Assembly: GCF_041886205.1 (NCBI RefSeq)
Contig: NZ_CP169029.1
Direction: 5' to 3' (one strand)
DNA from: Escherichia coli
GTDB taxonomy: Bacteria; Pseudomonadota; Gammaproteobacteria; Enterobacterales; Enterobacteriaceae
DNA length: 64,000 nucleotides
The notes under the pieces were generated by a model. That model was not told the origin of the DNA. It saw only the letters and a list, made by a program, of their open reading frames with translations, and ran no database searches. Made by a program: the position numbers and the translations under genes. Shown here in pieces: positions 16,000 to 28,337 of the stretch (its first letter is position 1; every line of letters begins with the position of its first letter).

Positions 16000-16140
16000 T
16001 TCCAGATACGGGAGGCGAAGTCATTTCTTCCTTCGCCCTGGTGGCAATCTTTACGAGCATTGTCACGGCCAAAGCACCGTATCAGTTGACCCAGGTGCAG
16101 AGGCTAGAGTGTTTAGTGGTTAAGCCGATACTAGCGTGTA
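16000..16140 (-). ncRNA. probable Moco riboswitch in the moaA 5' leader
   Basis: long structured untranslated leader directly upstream of moaA; a Moco RNA motif is known at this position in E. coli; boundaries approximate. Confidence 0.4.
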
Positions 16141-16327
16141 AATGAGATTTTTACCATCCACACTTTCGCTATGTAATCATGTATATAGCGTCATGATCGT
16201 GCTATTTCGCTACAGAATAAGGGAAAATGGCGGTTTTACTTTGATATACATCATCAGGGAGGCATAGCGTGCATCGTCCTTTAGAGGTAGAAGAAAATAG
16301 TTTGTATCCTCAATATTGGCAGGTTAA

Positions 16328-17296
<969 letters not shown>

Positions 17297-17351
17297 CGGA
17301 AATCCGAAGGAAAATTCCGGCTTCCTATTGAAGACAAAGTGCGCGTTGTTT

Positions 17352-17450
17352 ATGCCGGATGCGGCGTGAACGCCTTATCCGGCCTACAAACCGCGCAAAT
17401 TCAATATATTGCGGAGAAAATGTAGGCCTGATAAGCGTAGCGCATCAGGC
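17352..17450. repeat. BIME/REP elements between ybhK and uvrB
   Basis: two inverted REP copies (GCCGGATGCGGCGTGAACGCCTTATCCGGCCTAC and GTAGGCCTGATAAGCGTAGCGCATCAGGC). Confidence 0.8.
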
Positions 17451-17487
17451 TGTTTTCCGTTTGTCATCAGTCTTCTTCGCTATCCTG

Positions 17488-19509
17488 TTACGATGCCGCG
17501 ATAAACAGCTCACGCAGCTGATGCAACTGGTCACGAATTTGCGCCGCTTCTTCGAACTCCAGATTCTGCGCGTGTTGCATCATCAACCCTTCCAGCTCAT
17601 GGATTTTCTGCTGCAACGCTTTAGGCGACATATCCATCGGCACATTATCCGGCTCAACAATCGGGCGCGATTTTCCTCTGCCCTTCGCTTTGGTTTTGGC
17701 AATGTTCTGCCCCAGCGCCAGGATATCGACCACTTTCTTGTTCAAGCCTTGCGGCGTAATTCCGTGTTCCTCGTTGTACTTCTGCTGTTTCTCACGGCGA
17801 CGTTCGGTTTCGCCAATCGCTTTCGCCATTGATGGGGTGATCTTATCGCCGTAGAGAATCGCTTTACCGTTAACGTTACGTGCCGCACGACCAATGGTCT
17901 GGATCAACGAACGTTCGGAACGCAGGAAGCCTTCTTTGTCAGCGTCGAGGATCGCCACCAGCGACACTTCCGGCATATCCAGACCTTCGCGCAGTAAGTT
18001 GATCCCTACCAGCACGTCGAACTCACCCAGACGCAAGTCGCGGATAATCTCCATACGTTCGACGGTGTCGATATCTGAGTGAAGATAACGCACGCGCTCG
18101 CCATGTTCTTCGAGATATTCGGTAAGATCTTCCGCCATCCGCTTGGTCAGTGTGGTGACCAGTACGCGTTCGTTAATTGCCGCTCGCTGACGAATCTCCG
18201 AAAGAAGATCATCAACCTGTGTCGCCACCGGCCGCACTTCGATAATCGGGTCAAGCAATCCGGTTGGACGCACCACCTGATCCACCACATCGCCGCCGGA
18301 TTTTTCCAGCTCGTAATTACCCGGCGTCGCCGAAACATAGATGGTTTGCGGCGCTAATGCTTCGAACTCTTCAAACTTAAGCGGACGGTTATCCAGCGCT
18401 GATGGCAGGCGGAAGCCGTACTCCACCAGTGTCTCTTTACGCGCCCGGTCACCGCGATACATGCCGCCAATTTGTGGAATGGTGACGTGAGATTCATCGA
18501 CGACCAGCAGCCCATCGGCAGGCAGGTAATCAAACAGCGTCGGCGGTGGCTCACCCGGTCCACGACCGGAGAGGAAGCGCGAGTAGTTCTCAATCCCGGA
18601 ACAGTAGCCCAGCTCGTTCATCATCTCCAGATCAAACTGGGTACGCTGGGTCAGCCGCTGCTCTTCCAGCAGTTTGTTGTTTTCCAACAGCACTTTGCGT
18701 CTGGCGGCCAGCTCTTCTTTGATCTCCTCCATCGCCTGTACGATGCGCTCGCGCGGTGTGACGTAGTGCGTTTTCGGGTAGATGGTAAAACGTGGAATAG
18801 TGGAAACAATCTGCCCGGTCAGCGGGTCAAATAACGACAATCGTTCCACTTCCTCGTCAAACAGTTCCACGCGAAGTGCAATGTCATCCGATTCTGCCGG
18901 GAAGATATCTATCACCTCGCCACGAACGCGGAAAGTACCACGCTGGAATGCCTGATCATTACGAGCGTATTGCAGCTCCGCCAGTCGGCGCAGAATCGCG
19001 CGCTGATCGATAATCATACCGACCGTGAGATGGAGCATCATCTTGAGATATAAATCAGGATCGCCCAGACCATAAATCGCGGAAACAGACGCCACCACAA
19101 CCACATCACGCCGCTCCAGCATCGCTTTGGTGGCGGACAAACGCATCTGCTCAATATGTTCGTTAACCGAGGCATCTTTCTCAATGAAGGTGTCGGAACT
19201 CGGTACATAGGCTTCCGGCTGATAGTAGTCGTAGTAGGAGACGAAATACTCCACCGCGTTTTCCGGGAAGAACTCTTTCATTTCTCCATACAGCTGGGCC
19301 GCCAGCGTTTTGTTGGGCGCAAGTACCATGGTTGGGCGCTGAAGGTCAGCAATGACATTGGCAATGGTGAAGGTTTTCCCGGAGCCAGTCACGCCAAGTA
19401 ACGTCTGGTGCGCCAGGCCATCTTCCAGCCCCTCTTCGAGACGTCGAATCGCCTCTGGCTGATCGCCAGAAGGTTTAAAAGCGGAATTCAGTTTGAACGG
19501 TTTACTCAT
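17488..19509 (-). CDS. uvrB: excinuclease ABC subunit B
   Basis: 673 aa, helicase motifs ([12 protein letters not shown]), C-terminal UvrC-interaction domain. Confidence 0.95.
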
Positions 19510-19585
19510 GAGTCTCTACCTGAAGGAGTTGGGCGGGCAGGTATGTAATTTTACTCGTCGTACTTAATTATGCCAACAAATTATA

Positions 19586-19601
19586 CTGGATAAAAAAACA
19601 G
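19586..19601 (-). promoter_or_regulatory. LexA (SOS) box of the uvrB promoter
   Basis: CTGTTTTTTTATCCAG on the uvrB strand fits CTGT-N8-ACAG. Confidence 0.75.
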
Positions 19602-20087
19602 TTCATCACCATAATATTTCTGATACAGCGTAAAATCCGCTGTCAATCATGAGCAAAATTTACTCTGTGGCGAGATAAAACTCCGGCCTTACCGGGTTAT
19701 CCCCAAAGCAACGGCTTTTTTAACATTTGTCAAGATGAGTGATGACAGTTTTATGGCAAGAGATGCCTGTTCAGTGACTGCCATTGCATTTATCTAACCA
19801 GTTAAAAAATAAAAGATATTTCATTGAGCCGTCTTTAACGCCAATTCGCGTGCAAGCCGCGTATTCTCTCGCTTGCCTCGTGTTTTCTAACTCTAATACA
19901 CATGGTTATCCACAGGAATAGTGGATAACTGTCTGCAGCCCCTATCCCCCGCCGCCTGGGCAATTCCCACATTCGCCGCATGATGCGGAAGTAAAATTTT
20001 TTTCGTGATTATTTTAGAATTTAATTGGTTAAATTGCAGTCAATCGAAGACGCGATCTCGCTCGCAATTTAACCAAATACAGGATGG

Positions 20088-20771
20088 CTACAACAAGGCA
20101 AGGTTTATGTACTTTCCAGTTGCCGCATTTTCTGGATTTTCTGCAAGCCAGGGGATCTCTCCCAGCAGCGGCGCGGGAATCATGCGGGTGAGCGTGGCCT
20201 TATATTCAGCGTGACGTTTTCCAGGAGGCGTGACATCATTCGCCACCCAACCCGCCAGCGTTAGTCCGGCGTGTTGTATGGCCTGTGCAGTCAACATCGC
20301 GTGATTAATACAGCCGAGTTTCACGCCAACCACCAGTATTACCGGCAGTTGTTCCTGTGTTACCCAATCCGCAAAAGTGAAAGTTTCAGAAAGCGGCGTA
20401 AACCAGCCGCCAGCGCCTTCCACTAACACCCAGTCAGCCTGTTGTTCAAGCGCGCGTAATCCGGCGCTCATTACCAATGATTCTATCGGCCTGCCCTCTT
20501 GCGCGCTGATGATGTGCGGCGAAGTGGGTTCTGCGAAGGTGTAAGGATTTACTGTTGCGTAATCCAGCTGCAGGCTGCTGTTGCGCTGTAACGCCAGCGC
20601 GTCGCTATTGCGTAAACCTTCCGGGGTCTTTTCGCTGCCAGAGGCGACCGGTTTATAACCTGCCGTCCGGTAGCCTGCTGCCTTTGCGGCTTGTAAAAGT
20701 GCACAACTGGCGACAGTTTTCCCCACTTCGGTATCCGTTCCGGTGACAAAATAACGTTTACTCACGAGCAA
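20088..20771 (-). CDS. bioD: dethiobiotin synthetase BioD
   Basis: P-loop [10 protein letters not shown]; true start is probably the GTG two codons inside the track ORF. Confidence 0.9.
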
Positions 20772-21513
20772 TCACTCCCAAAAAAAGATGATACGTCAGA
20801 GGATATCGCCCCTGCTGTTGCGGCCAGGCCAGTTGCAATCGCTGCAACTGCGAACGCGTTAATATTCGCGGGTCGCGCCCTTCATGAAGATGCGTGGCAC
20901 CGATGCCTTTCAGCGAACGCATGGCACTGAGCGCATCATCAAACCACAGCGTGATGGGCTGAATATGATGTTGATAATGCACGCCGTTCAGCGACTGTTC
21001 GATTTCATCTGGCGGTAAAAAGCGATTAGCATGCGGACGCTCGTCCACCGCCTGCCACGCCTGATGCAGTTCGGGTAACGATCCCTGCACCAGCGTGGTA
21101 AACGCGACCACGCCTTTGGGGCGCACCACCCGATACAGCTCGCGGAGTGCCGTGGATAAATTACCGCACCACTGCACTGCGAGATTGCTCCATGCAAGAT
21201 CGAACGTCGCAGTCGCTAACGGCAGGGATTCGATATCTCCCGCCAGATAATGGTCTGCGGCATCCTTCTGGCGTGCCTGAACAAGCATTGGCGGCGAGAG
21301 ATCTAAGGCCGTCACCTGCGCGTGACGTTCCCGCCAGTGGCGGCTCATCCAGCCAGGTCCACAACCCGCGTCCAGTACGTGGGTGTATTTACGCTGTGGA
21401 AGCATTGCCAGTAAGGCGTCAGCACTCTGGCGCTGTAGATCTGCATGTTGCTCATAGTGTGCGGCTGCCCGACCAAATGCCGCTGCAATGGCTTGTTTAT
21501 TAACCGTTGCCAT
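20758..21513 (-). CDS. bioC: malonyl-ACP O-methyltransferase BioC
   Basis: SAM-methyltransferase motif (LDAGCGPG); start taken at MATVNKQ. Confidence 0.9.
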
Positions 21514-22654
21514 GCAGCACCTCCAGCAGACGGTCGATATCCTGCATTTCATGCGCAGCGGTTAGCGTTAAGCGCAGTCGCGCAGTACCAGCGGGTACGG
21601 TTGGCGGGCGAATCGCCGTGACCCAGCAGCCTTGCTGGCGCAGTTTTTCTGCCAGTTGTAACGCACGGCTGTTATCACCGACAATCAATGGCTGGATGGC
21701 GCTGCATGAATCAGCAAGCGTAAACGGCAAATCCTGTACTCCGGCACGAAAACGCGTAATGAGTGCCGCCAGTTTTTCGCGCCGTGCATCACCCTCATCA
21801 CTGCGAATGACCGCCAGCGACGCACGTAATGTCTGCGCCTGAGCGGGCGGCATACTGGTGCTGTAGATAAGGTGGCGGGCGAATTGCAGCAGATAATCCG
21901 CCACCGTACTGGAGCAAAGCACCGCTGCCCCGCTGACGCCAAATCCTTTGCCAAAAGTCACCACCAGCAATTCTGGTTTTACCTTTTGCAGCCAGCAGCT
22001 GCCGCGCCCCTGCTCCCCGATAACGCCCGTGCCGTGGGCATCATCGACCATCAACCAGCCATTGTGCTGTTGCGTTACCTGCTGGATTTCCGCCAGTGGC
22101 GCACTATCGCCGTCCATGCTGAACACGCCTTCTGTCACCACCATTTGCTGCCCCGGACAGGGGGAAGCAAGCAATCGCGCCAAATGAGTGACATCGTTAT
22201 GAGCAAAACGGCGAAGCTGCGACGGGCTTAAACTGGCAGCTTCCAGCAATGAGGCATGGCTAAGCCGGTCGGCAGCAATACGGTCCTCTTTCGCCATCAT
22301 CGCGGCAATAACTGCCTGATTAGCGGCGAAACCAGAGATAAACAGCAGTGCCCGCGAATAGCCAAGCCACTCGGCCAGCTCTTCTTCCAGTGCCTGATGC
22401 ACCACGCTATAACCGCTGACGTGACCGGAGCCGCCGCTACCGATGCCAAATTGCTCCGCCCCCTGCTGCCAGGCACGGATAATTTGCGGATGATGGCTTA
22501 AACCTAAATAATCGTTACTGGAAAAGTTCAGATACTGGCGATCATCCGCCACCAGCCAGCGTCCGGCTCCTTGCGCCACCGGATAACGGCGACGCAGGGC
22601 ATCGGCAGCACGCCGCGCATCGAGCGCCGCGTTGATTTTCTCCAGCCAGCTCAT
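21500..22654 (-). CDS. bioF: 8-amino-7-oxononanoate synthase BioF
   Basis: 384 aa PLP-dependent aminotransferase class II. Confidence 0.9.
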
Positions 22655-23691
22655 AATGCTGCCGCGTTGTAATATTCGTCGGTGTCCGGGGTCATCAGCG
22701 CCTGTTCAAGACGTTGCTGTTGTTCGTTATCCCCTGCCAGCACGGCAGTTTGCTGCGGATTTAGCCCCAGTTTGCGGAACAGTTGCAGGTCTTTATCTTC
22801 TTCCGGATTCGGCGTGGTCAGCAGTTTGCAACCGTAGAAAATCGAGTTTGCGCCTGCCATAAAGCACATCGCCTGAGTCTGTTCGTTCATCTGCTCGCGT
22901 CCGGCAGAAAGGCGCACGTAAGAGGTTGGCATCATGATCCGCGCGACCGCAATGGTGCGAATAAAATCAAAGGCATCGACATCATCGTTATCGGCAAGCG
23001 GCGTGCCTTTCACCTTCACCAGCATGTTGATTGGCACGCTTTCCGGCGGCGTCGGCAGGTTTGCCAGTTGCAGCAATAATCCGGCGCGATCTTTTACCGT
23101 TTCGCCTAAGCCCACAATGCCGCCAGAACAGACTTTGATCCCGGCATCGCGCACTTTTTCCAGCGTATCGAGGCGTTCCTGATAAGTGCGTGTGGTGATG
23201 ATATTGCCGTAAAACTCCGGCGAGGTGTCCAGGTTGTGGTTGTAGTAATCCAGCCCGGCGTTCGCGAGGCGCTGCGCCTGAGATTCACTCAACGTGCCCA
23301 GCGTCATACACGCCTCCAGCCCCATCGCTTTTACCCCCTGCACCATTTGTTCCAGGTACGGCATATCGCGTTCGTGGGGATTCTTCCACGCCGCGCCCAT
23401 ACAGAAGCGCGTCGATCCTGCCGCTTTCGCTTTGCGCGCCGACTCCAGCACCTGTTCAACTTCCATCAACCGCTCGGCTTCCAGCCCGGTTTTGTAGCGC
23501 GAGCTTTGCGGGCAGTATTTGCAATCTTCCGGACAAGCTCCGGTCTTAATCGACAGCAACGTGCTGACCTGCACCTGACGAGGATCGAAATGCTGGCGAT
23601 GCACCTGCTGCGCTTCAAACAGCAGATCCAGCAACGGTTTTTCAAATAATTCTGTGACTTGCGACAATGTCCAGCGTGGGCGGTGAGCCAT
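22651..23691 (-). CDS. bioB: biotin synthase BioB (radical SAM)
   Basis: 346 aa with CPEDCKYC cysteine motif. Confidence 0.95.
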   Translation of the reverse strand: MAHRPRWTLSQVTELFEKPLLDLLFEAQQVHRQHFDPRQVQVSTLLSIKTGACPEDCKYCPQSSRYKTGLEAERLMEVEQVLESARKAKAAGSTRFCMGAAWKNPHERDMPYLEQMVQGVKAMGLEACMTLGTLSESQAQRLANAGLDYYNHNLDTSPEFYGNIITTRTYQERLDTLEKVRDAGIKVCSGGIVGLGETVKDRAGLLLQLANLPTPPESVPINMLVKVKGTPLADNDDVDAFDFIRTIAVARIMMPTSYVRLSAGREQMNEQTQAMCFMAGANSIFYGCKLLTTPNPEEDKDLQLFRKLGLNPQQTAVLAGDNEQQQRLEQALMTPDTDEYYNAAAL

Positions 23692-23736
23692 GGGGCTTCT
23701 CCAAAACGTGTTTTTTGTTGTTAATTCGGTGTAGAC

Positions 23737-23770
23737 TTGTAAACCTAAATCTTTTCAATTTGGTTTACAA
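23737..23770. promoter_or_regulatory. bio operator (BirA binding palindrome) within the divergent bioA/bioBFCD promoter
   Basis: TTGTAAACC...GGTTTACAA inverted repeat between bioB and bioA. Confidence 0.85.
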
Positions 23771-23777
23771 GTCGATT

Positions 23778-25067
23778 ATGACAACGGACGATCTTGCCTT
23801 TGACCAACGCCATATCTGGCACCCATACACATCCATGACCTCCCCTCTGCCGGTTTATCCGGTGGTGAGCGCCGAAGGTTGCGAGCTGATTTTGTCTGAC
23901 GGCAGACGCCTGGTTGACGGTATGTCGTCCTGGTGGGCGGCGATCCACGGCTACAATCACCCGCAGCTTAATGCGGCGATGAAGTCGCAAATTGATGCCA
24001 TGTCGCATGTGATGTTTGGCGGTATCACCCATGCGCCAGCCATTGAGCTGTGCCGCAAACTGGTGGCGATGACGCCGCAACCGCTGGAGTGCGTTTTTCT
24101 CGCGGACTCCGGTTCCGTAGCGGTGGAAGTGGCGATGAAAATGGCGTTGCAGTACTGGCAAGCCAAAGGCGAAGCGCGCCAGCGTTTTCTGACCTTCCGC
24201 AATGGTTATCATGGCGATACCTTTGGCGCGATGTCGGTGTGCGATCCGGATAACTCAATGCACAGTCTGTGGAAAGGCTACCTGCCAGAAAACCTGTTTG
24301 CTCCCGCCCCGCAAAGCCGCATGGATGGCGAATGGGATGAGCGCGATATGGTGGGCTTTGCCCGCCTGATGGCGGCGCATCGTCATGAAATCGCGGCGGT
24401 GATCATTGAGCCGATTGTCCAGGGCGCAGGCGGGATGCGCATGTACCATCCGGAATGGTTAAAACGAATCCGCAAAATGTGCGATCGCGAAGGTATCTTG
24501 CTGATTGCCGACGAGATCGCCACCGGATTTGGTCGTACCGGCAAACTGTTTGCCTGTGAATATGCAGAAATCGCGCCGGACATTTTGTGCCTCGGTAAAG
24601 CCTTAACCGGCGGCACAATGACCCTTTCCGCCACACTTACCACGCGCGAGGTTGCAGAAACCATCAGTAACGGCGAAGCCGGCTGCTTTATGCATGGGCC
24701 AACTTTTATGGGCAATCCGCTGGCCTGCGCGGCAGCAAACGCCAGCCTGGCGATTATCGAATCCGGCGAATGGCAGCAGCAGGTGGCGGCTATTGAAGTG
24801 CAGCTGCGCGAGCAACTGGCACCAGCCCGTGATGCCGAAATGGTTGCCGATGTGCGCGTACTGGGGGCAATCGGTGTGGTCGAAACCACTCGTCCGGTGA
24901 ATATGGCGGCGCTGCAAAAATTCTTTGTCGAACAGGGTGTCTGGATCCGGCCTTTTGGCAAACTGATTTACCTGATGCCGCCCTATATTATTCTCCCGCA
25001 ACAGTTGCAGCGTCTGACCGCAGCGGTTAACCGCGCGGTACAGGATGAAACATTTTTTTGCCAATAA
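23778..25067 (+). CDS. bioA: adenosylmethionine-8-amino-7-oxononanoate aminotransferase BioA
   Basis: start taken at [10 protein letters not shown] giving 429 aa; PLP class III aminotransferase. Confidence 0.95.
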   Translation: MTTDDLAFDQRHIWHPYTSMTSPLPVYPVVSAEGCELILSDGRRLVDGMSSWWAAIHGYNHPQLNAAMKSQIDAMSHVMFGGITHAPAIELCRKLVAMTPQPLECVFLADSGSVAVEVAMKMALQYWQAKGEARQRFLTFRNGYHGDTFGAMSVCDPDNSMHSLWKGYLPENLFAPAPQSRMDGEWDERDMVGFARLMAAHRHEIAAVIIEPIVQGAGGMRMYHPEWLKRIRKMCDREGILLIADEIATGFGRTGKLFACEYAEIAPDILCLGKALTGGTMTLSATLTTREVAETISNGEAGCFMHGPTFMGNPLACAAANASLAIIESGEWQQQVAAIEVQLREQLAPARDAEMVADVRVLGAIGVVETTRPVNMAALQKFFVEQGVWIRPFGKLIYLMPPYIILPQQLQRLTAAVNRAVQDETFFCQ

Positions 25068-25125
25068 CGGGAAGTCCGCGTGAGGGTTTCTGGCTACACT
25101 TTCTGCAAACAAGAAAGGAGGGTTC

Positions 25126-25602
25126 ATGAAACTCATCAGTAACGATCTGCGCGATGGCGATAAATTGCCGCATCGTCATGTCTTTAACGGCATGGGTTAC
25201 GATGGCGATAATATTTCACCGCATCTGGCGTGGGATGATGTTCCTGCGGGAACGAAAAGTTTTGTTGTCACCTGCTACGACCCGGATGCGCCAACCGGCT
25301 CCGGCTGGTGGCACTGGGTAGTTGTTAACTTACCCGCTGATACCCGCGTATTACCGCAAGGGTTTGGCTCTGGTCTGGTAGCAATGCCAGACGGCGTTTT
25401 GCAGACGCGTACCGACTTTGGTAAAACCGGGTACGATGGCGCAGCACCGCCGAAAGGCGAAACTCATCGCTACATTTTTACCGTTCACGCGCTGGATATA
25501 GAACGTATTGATGTCGATGAAGGTGCCAGCGGCGCGATGGTCGGGTTTAACGTTCATTTCCACTCTCTGGCAAGCGCCTCGATTACTGCGATGTTTAGTT
25601 AA
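25126..25602 (+). CDS. ybhB: PEBP-family protein YbhB
   Basis: 158 aa; last chromosomal gene before the prophage attR. Confidence 0.85.
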   Translation: MKLISNDLRDGDKLPHRHVFNGMGYDGDNISPHLAWDDVPAGTKSFVVTCYDPDAPTGSGWWHWVVVNLPADTRVLPQGFGSGLVAMPDGVLQTRTDFGKTGYDGAAPPKGETHRYIFTVHALDIERIDVDEGASGAMVGFNVHFHSLASASITAMFS

Positions 25603-25692
25603 TCACTCTGCCAGATGGCGCAATGCCATCTGGTATCACTTAAAGGTATTAAAAACAACTTTTTGTCTTTTTACCTTCCCGTTTCGCTCAAG

Positions 25693-25707
25693 TTAGTATA
25701 AAAAAGC
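25693..25707. other. prophage attR core (lambda att common core, P-O-B' arrangement)
   Basis: TTAGTATAAAAAAGC (reverse complement of GCTTTTTTATACTAA) flanked by the bacterial B' arm (CTTGAGCG) on one side and a lambda-like P arm on the other. Confidence 0.85.
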
Positions 25708-25852
25708 TGAACGCGAAACATTAAAAACCATTAATATCAATGTGTTACAATATCTTTAGTCTAAAAAATAGACTACATGATGCTACAAAACACAACATAT
25801 CCAGTCACTATGAATCAACTACTTAGATAGTATTAGTGACCTGAGACAGAGC

Positions 25853-25894
25853 ATTAGCGCAAGGTGATTTTTGTCTTCTTGCGCTAATTTTTTG
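25853..25894 (+). terminator. intrinsic terminator, probably the tI/sib-equivalent of the int transcript
   Basis: perfect 11 bp stem (ATTAGCGCAAG/CTTGCGCTAAT) followed by a T-run, about 150 bp beyond the att core on the P-arm side. Confidence 0.5.
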
Positions 25895-26055
25895 TTATCA
25901 AACATGTCGCACTCCAGAGAAGCACAAAGCCTTGCAATCCAGTGCAAAGATTTGTGTGCCTCAGTTTTGTCTAAGTGTTCTACTGAAAACATAGTAAAAT
26001 CGGCAACAGCTGGAAATCATTCAATACTCGCACTATCGAAAGTTCACCAGCCAAC

Positions 26056-26095
26056 CGCAGCACGTTCTTGCATACGACGTGCTGCGGTTTTCTTT
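26056..26095 (+). terminator. intrinsic terminator hairpin
   Basis: CCGCAGCACGT...ACGTGCTGCGG stem followed by TTTTCTTT. Confidence 0.5.
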
Positions 26096-26246
26096 ATGAT
26101 TTATGCACAATGGACAATTTGAAATTATTGATGATTGTATGGTGCATCGTTTTCTGAACCTACACTGATTTTTTGGTATAGCCTTGCCTAGCCAGTCTTA
26201 CCGGATCAAACTCTTCGCTATTGCAATACTAACCAAAATCATCAAT

Positions 26247-26276
26247 TTGACAGCGATTAACCAGAATAATAGTATA
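26247..26276 (+). promoter_or_regulatory. candidate sigma70 promoter for the GGDEF gene
   Basis: consensus -35 TTGACA, 17 bp spacer, -10-like TAGTAT, about 75 bp upstream of the start codon. Confidence 0.4.
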
Positions 26277-26347
26277 CTATCACCAGTAAGAAATTATCGT
26301 TATTTGTAGCGATACATATTATATATATATCATTCTCAGGTGCGTAC

Positions 26348-27679
26348 ATGATTATCAACCAGGTACCTATAAAAATAAAAATCTTCATCTTTTTATTTTC
26401 ATGCATCTCTATTATATTTTTGTTACTGCATGAAAATAATGGAATATACATAACACAAACAACACAAATAAGTTATAGTGTTTTCATTATTGGGCTTTTT
26501 TTCATAAACCTGATGATTTTTATTTTTCTATTGCTTTACTATGTTTCTAATCAGAGACAAAGTTATCTCTTAATTCTTTCATTCGCGTTTTTGAGCAACA
26601 CGTATTATTTATTAGAAGTGGCTATTATTTCTTTATCTCCGTTAGGTAACGATTTATCTACAATCTATCAGAAATCAAATGATATCGCAATATATTATCT
26701 ATTCCGTCAGCTCAGCTTTATATCTATAATCTTTCTGGCTGTTTATTCCACCAATGTTAAAAATAAAAGTGTTTTAGAAGATAAAAGAAACATAATAATT
26801 GTTGTTTTGTCAATATTAATTCTTTTTATTACTCCGTTTGTAGCAAAAAATCTAAGCAGTGACAATATAAAATATAGTCTTAATATTATACAATACTCGC
26901 TGAATCGTCATTTGCCGACGTGGAATATCGTGTACACCAAAATAATATCAGTATTTTGGCTTGTATTACTTATCAGCTCATGCATCAGCATACGTAATTA
27001 CTCAAAAATATGGTTGTGTATAATACTTATTAGTATAGTGTCAGTATGCAATAATCTAATTTTATTGTATTTTATTGATAAATCCCATCCTGCATGGTAC
27101 ATGACAAAATTTCTTGAGTTGATATCAATGATTTATATCATTTCAACACTCATGTATTATGTTTTCAGGAAATTAAATCATGCTAATCATATGGCAATTC
27201 ATGATCCACTAACGAATACATACAATAGAAGATACTTTATTGACTCATTGAAGAATATATCAAAACACCATGATTTCTCAGTAATAATGTTAGATATTGA
27301 CAGTTTCAAAAGCATCAATGACAAATGGGGGCATCATATGGGTGATCAAGTCATAGTAATGGTTACCAGAATAATAAAAAAATCCATCAGGAAAGAGGAT
27401 ATATTAGGGCGCTTAGGCGGTGAGGAGTTCGGTATTATCATTAAAGGTAATACTCAAAAGCTCTTGCTATCAATTGCAGAGCGAATCAGAAAAAACATTG
27501 AAGAGCAATGCTCGGAAAAATTATTATCGCATGGACCTGAGAAAATAACTGTCAGTATTGGTTGCTTTACTTCAAAAGAGAATAATCTCAGCCCATCTGA
27601 AATGTTAGTCAATGCCGATAAAGCGTTATATCAAGCCAAAAGAACCGGAAAAAACAAGGTGATAATTCACTCAAAATAA
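26348..27679 (+). CDS. dgcX: membrane-anchored diguanylate cyclase (GGDEF domain), DgcX-like prophage cargo gene
   Basis: 443 aa; about 270 aa very hydrophobic multi-TM N-terminus, C-terminal GGDEF domain with active-site GGEEF and an RKED (RxxD) I-site five residues upstream; strongly AT-rich; symbol assigned from memory of a DGC reported at this locus. Confidence 0.8.
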   Translation: MIINQVPIKIKIFIFLFSCISIIFLLLHENNGIYITQTTQISYSVFIIGLFFINLMIFIFLLLYYVSNQRQSYLLILSFAFLSNTYYLLEVAIISLSPLGNDLSTIYQKSNDIAIYYLFRQLSFISIIFLAVYSTNVKNKSVLEDKRNIIIVVLSILILFITPFVAKNLSSDNIKYSLNIIQYSLNRHLPTWNIVYTKIISVFWLVLLISSCISIRNYSKIWLCIILISIVSVCNNLILLYFIDKSHPAWYMTKFLELISMIYIISTLMYYVFRKLNHANHMAIHDPLTNTYNRRYFIDSLKNISKHHDFSVIMLDIDSFKSINDKWGHHMGDQVIVMVTRIIKKSIRKEDILGRLGGEEFGIIIKGNTQKLLLSIAERIRKNIEEQCSEKLLSHGPEKITVSIGCFTSKENNLSPSEMLVNADKALYQAKRTGKNKVIIHSK

Positions 27680-27708
27680 ACACCTTTTTAAAATACAGCC
27701 CCAATAAA

Positions 27709-27741
27709 CTGCAGAATATTATCCCATATAATATCCTGCAG
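27709..27741. terminator. bidirectional hairpin between the convergent GGDEF and tfa genes
   Basis: near-perfect 14 bp inverted repeat CTGCAGAATATTAT...ATAATATCCTGCAG. Confidence 0.5.
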
Positions 27742-27752
27742 TTCGTAATGCA

Positions 27753-28337
27753 CTATTCGATAATGGGTACTGTTGGCCATTCAATATCCGGTGCAGTTGT
27801 TGTATTAACACGGTTCAGCAACACCCGATATTTTTTCCAGGCTTCCAGCAATGAGGTTTCTTCCTCCGTTGCGATCTCCAGATCTACAGCATCCTGAAGT
27901 GGCGCTATATGCTCACTGGCTACCTGCATCAGGCTGTTTTTTGTTTCTTCCGCCTCCCGGATCCGGAACAGTTTTTCTGCTTCCGTATCCTTCACCCAGG
28001 CTGTGCCGTTCCACTTCTGATATTCCCCTTCCGGCGATAACCAGGTGACATTTTCCGGTAACGAGCCAAGTTCAGAAATAAATAACGCGTCGCCGGAAGC
28101 CACGTCATAGACGGTTTTTCCCCGATGATCTTCAACGAGATGCCACGATGCCTCATCACTGTTGAAAACAGCCACAAAGCCAGCCGGAATATCTGGCGGT
28201 GCAATATCGGTACTGTTTGCTGGCAGACCTGTATGAGGCGGAATATATGCGTCACCTTCACCAATAAATTCATTAGTTCCGGCCAGCAGATTATAAATTT
28301 TTATGGTCCGTGGTTGTTCACTCATTCTGAATGCCAT
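27753..28337 (-). CDS. tfa: tail fibre assembly protein Tfa (lambda-like)
   Basis: 194 aa, recognisably lambda Tfa. Confidence 0.85.
   Translation of the reverse strand: MAFRMSEQPRTIKIYNLLAGTNEFIGEGDAYIPPHTGLPANSTDIAPPDIPAGFVAVFNSDEASWHLVEDHRGKTVYDVASGDALFISELGSLPENVTWLSPEGEYQKWNGTAWVKDTEAEKLFRIREAEETKNSLMQVASEHIAPLQDAVDLEIATEEETSLLEAWKKYRVLLNRVNTTTAPDIEWPTVPIIE

Noticed and set aside
23745-24253. Several 67-155 aa ORFs overlapping bioA on both strands
   Set aside because: Shadow frames of bioA, which is full length and collinear with the known enzyme
25871-26122. 83 aa ORF in the attR-adjacent region
   Set aside because: No RBS, spans two intrinsic terminator hairpins, composition unlike the neighbouring coding sequence; more likely non-coding
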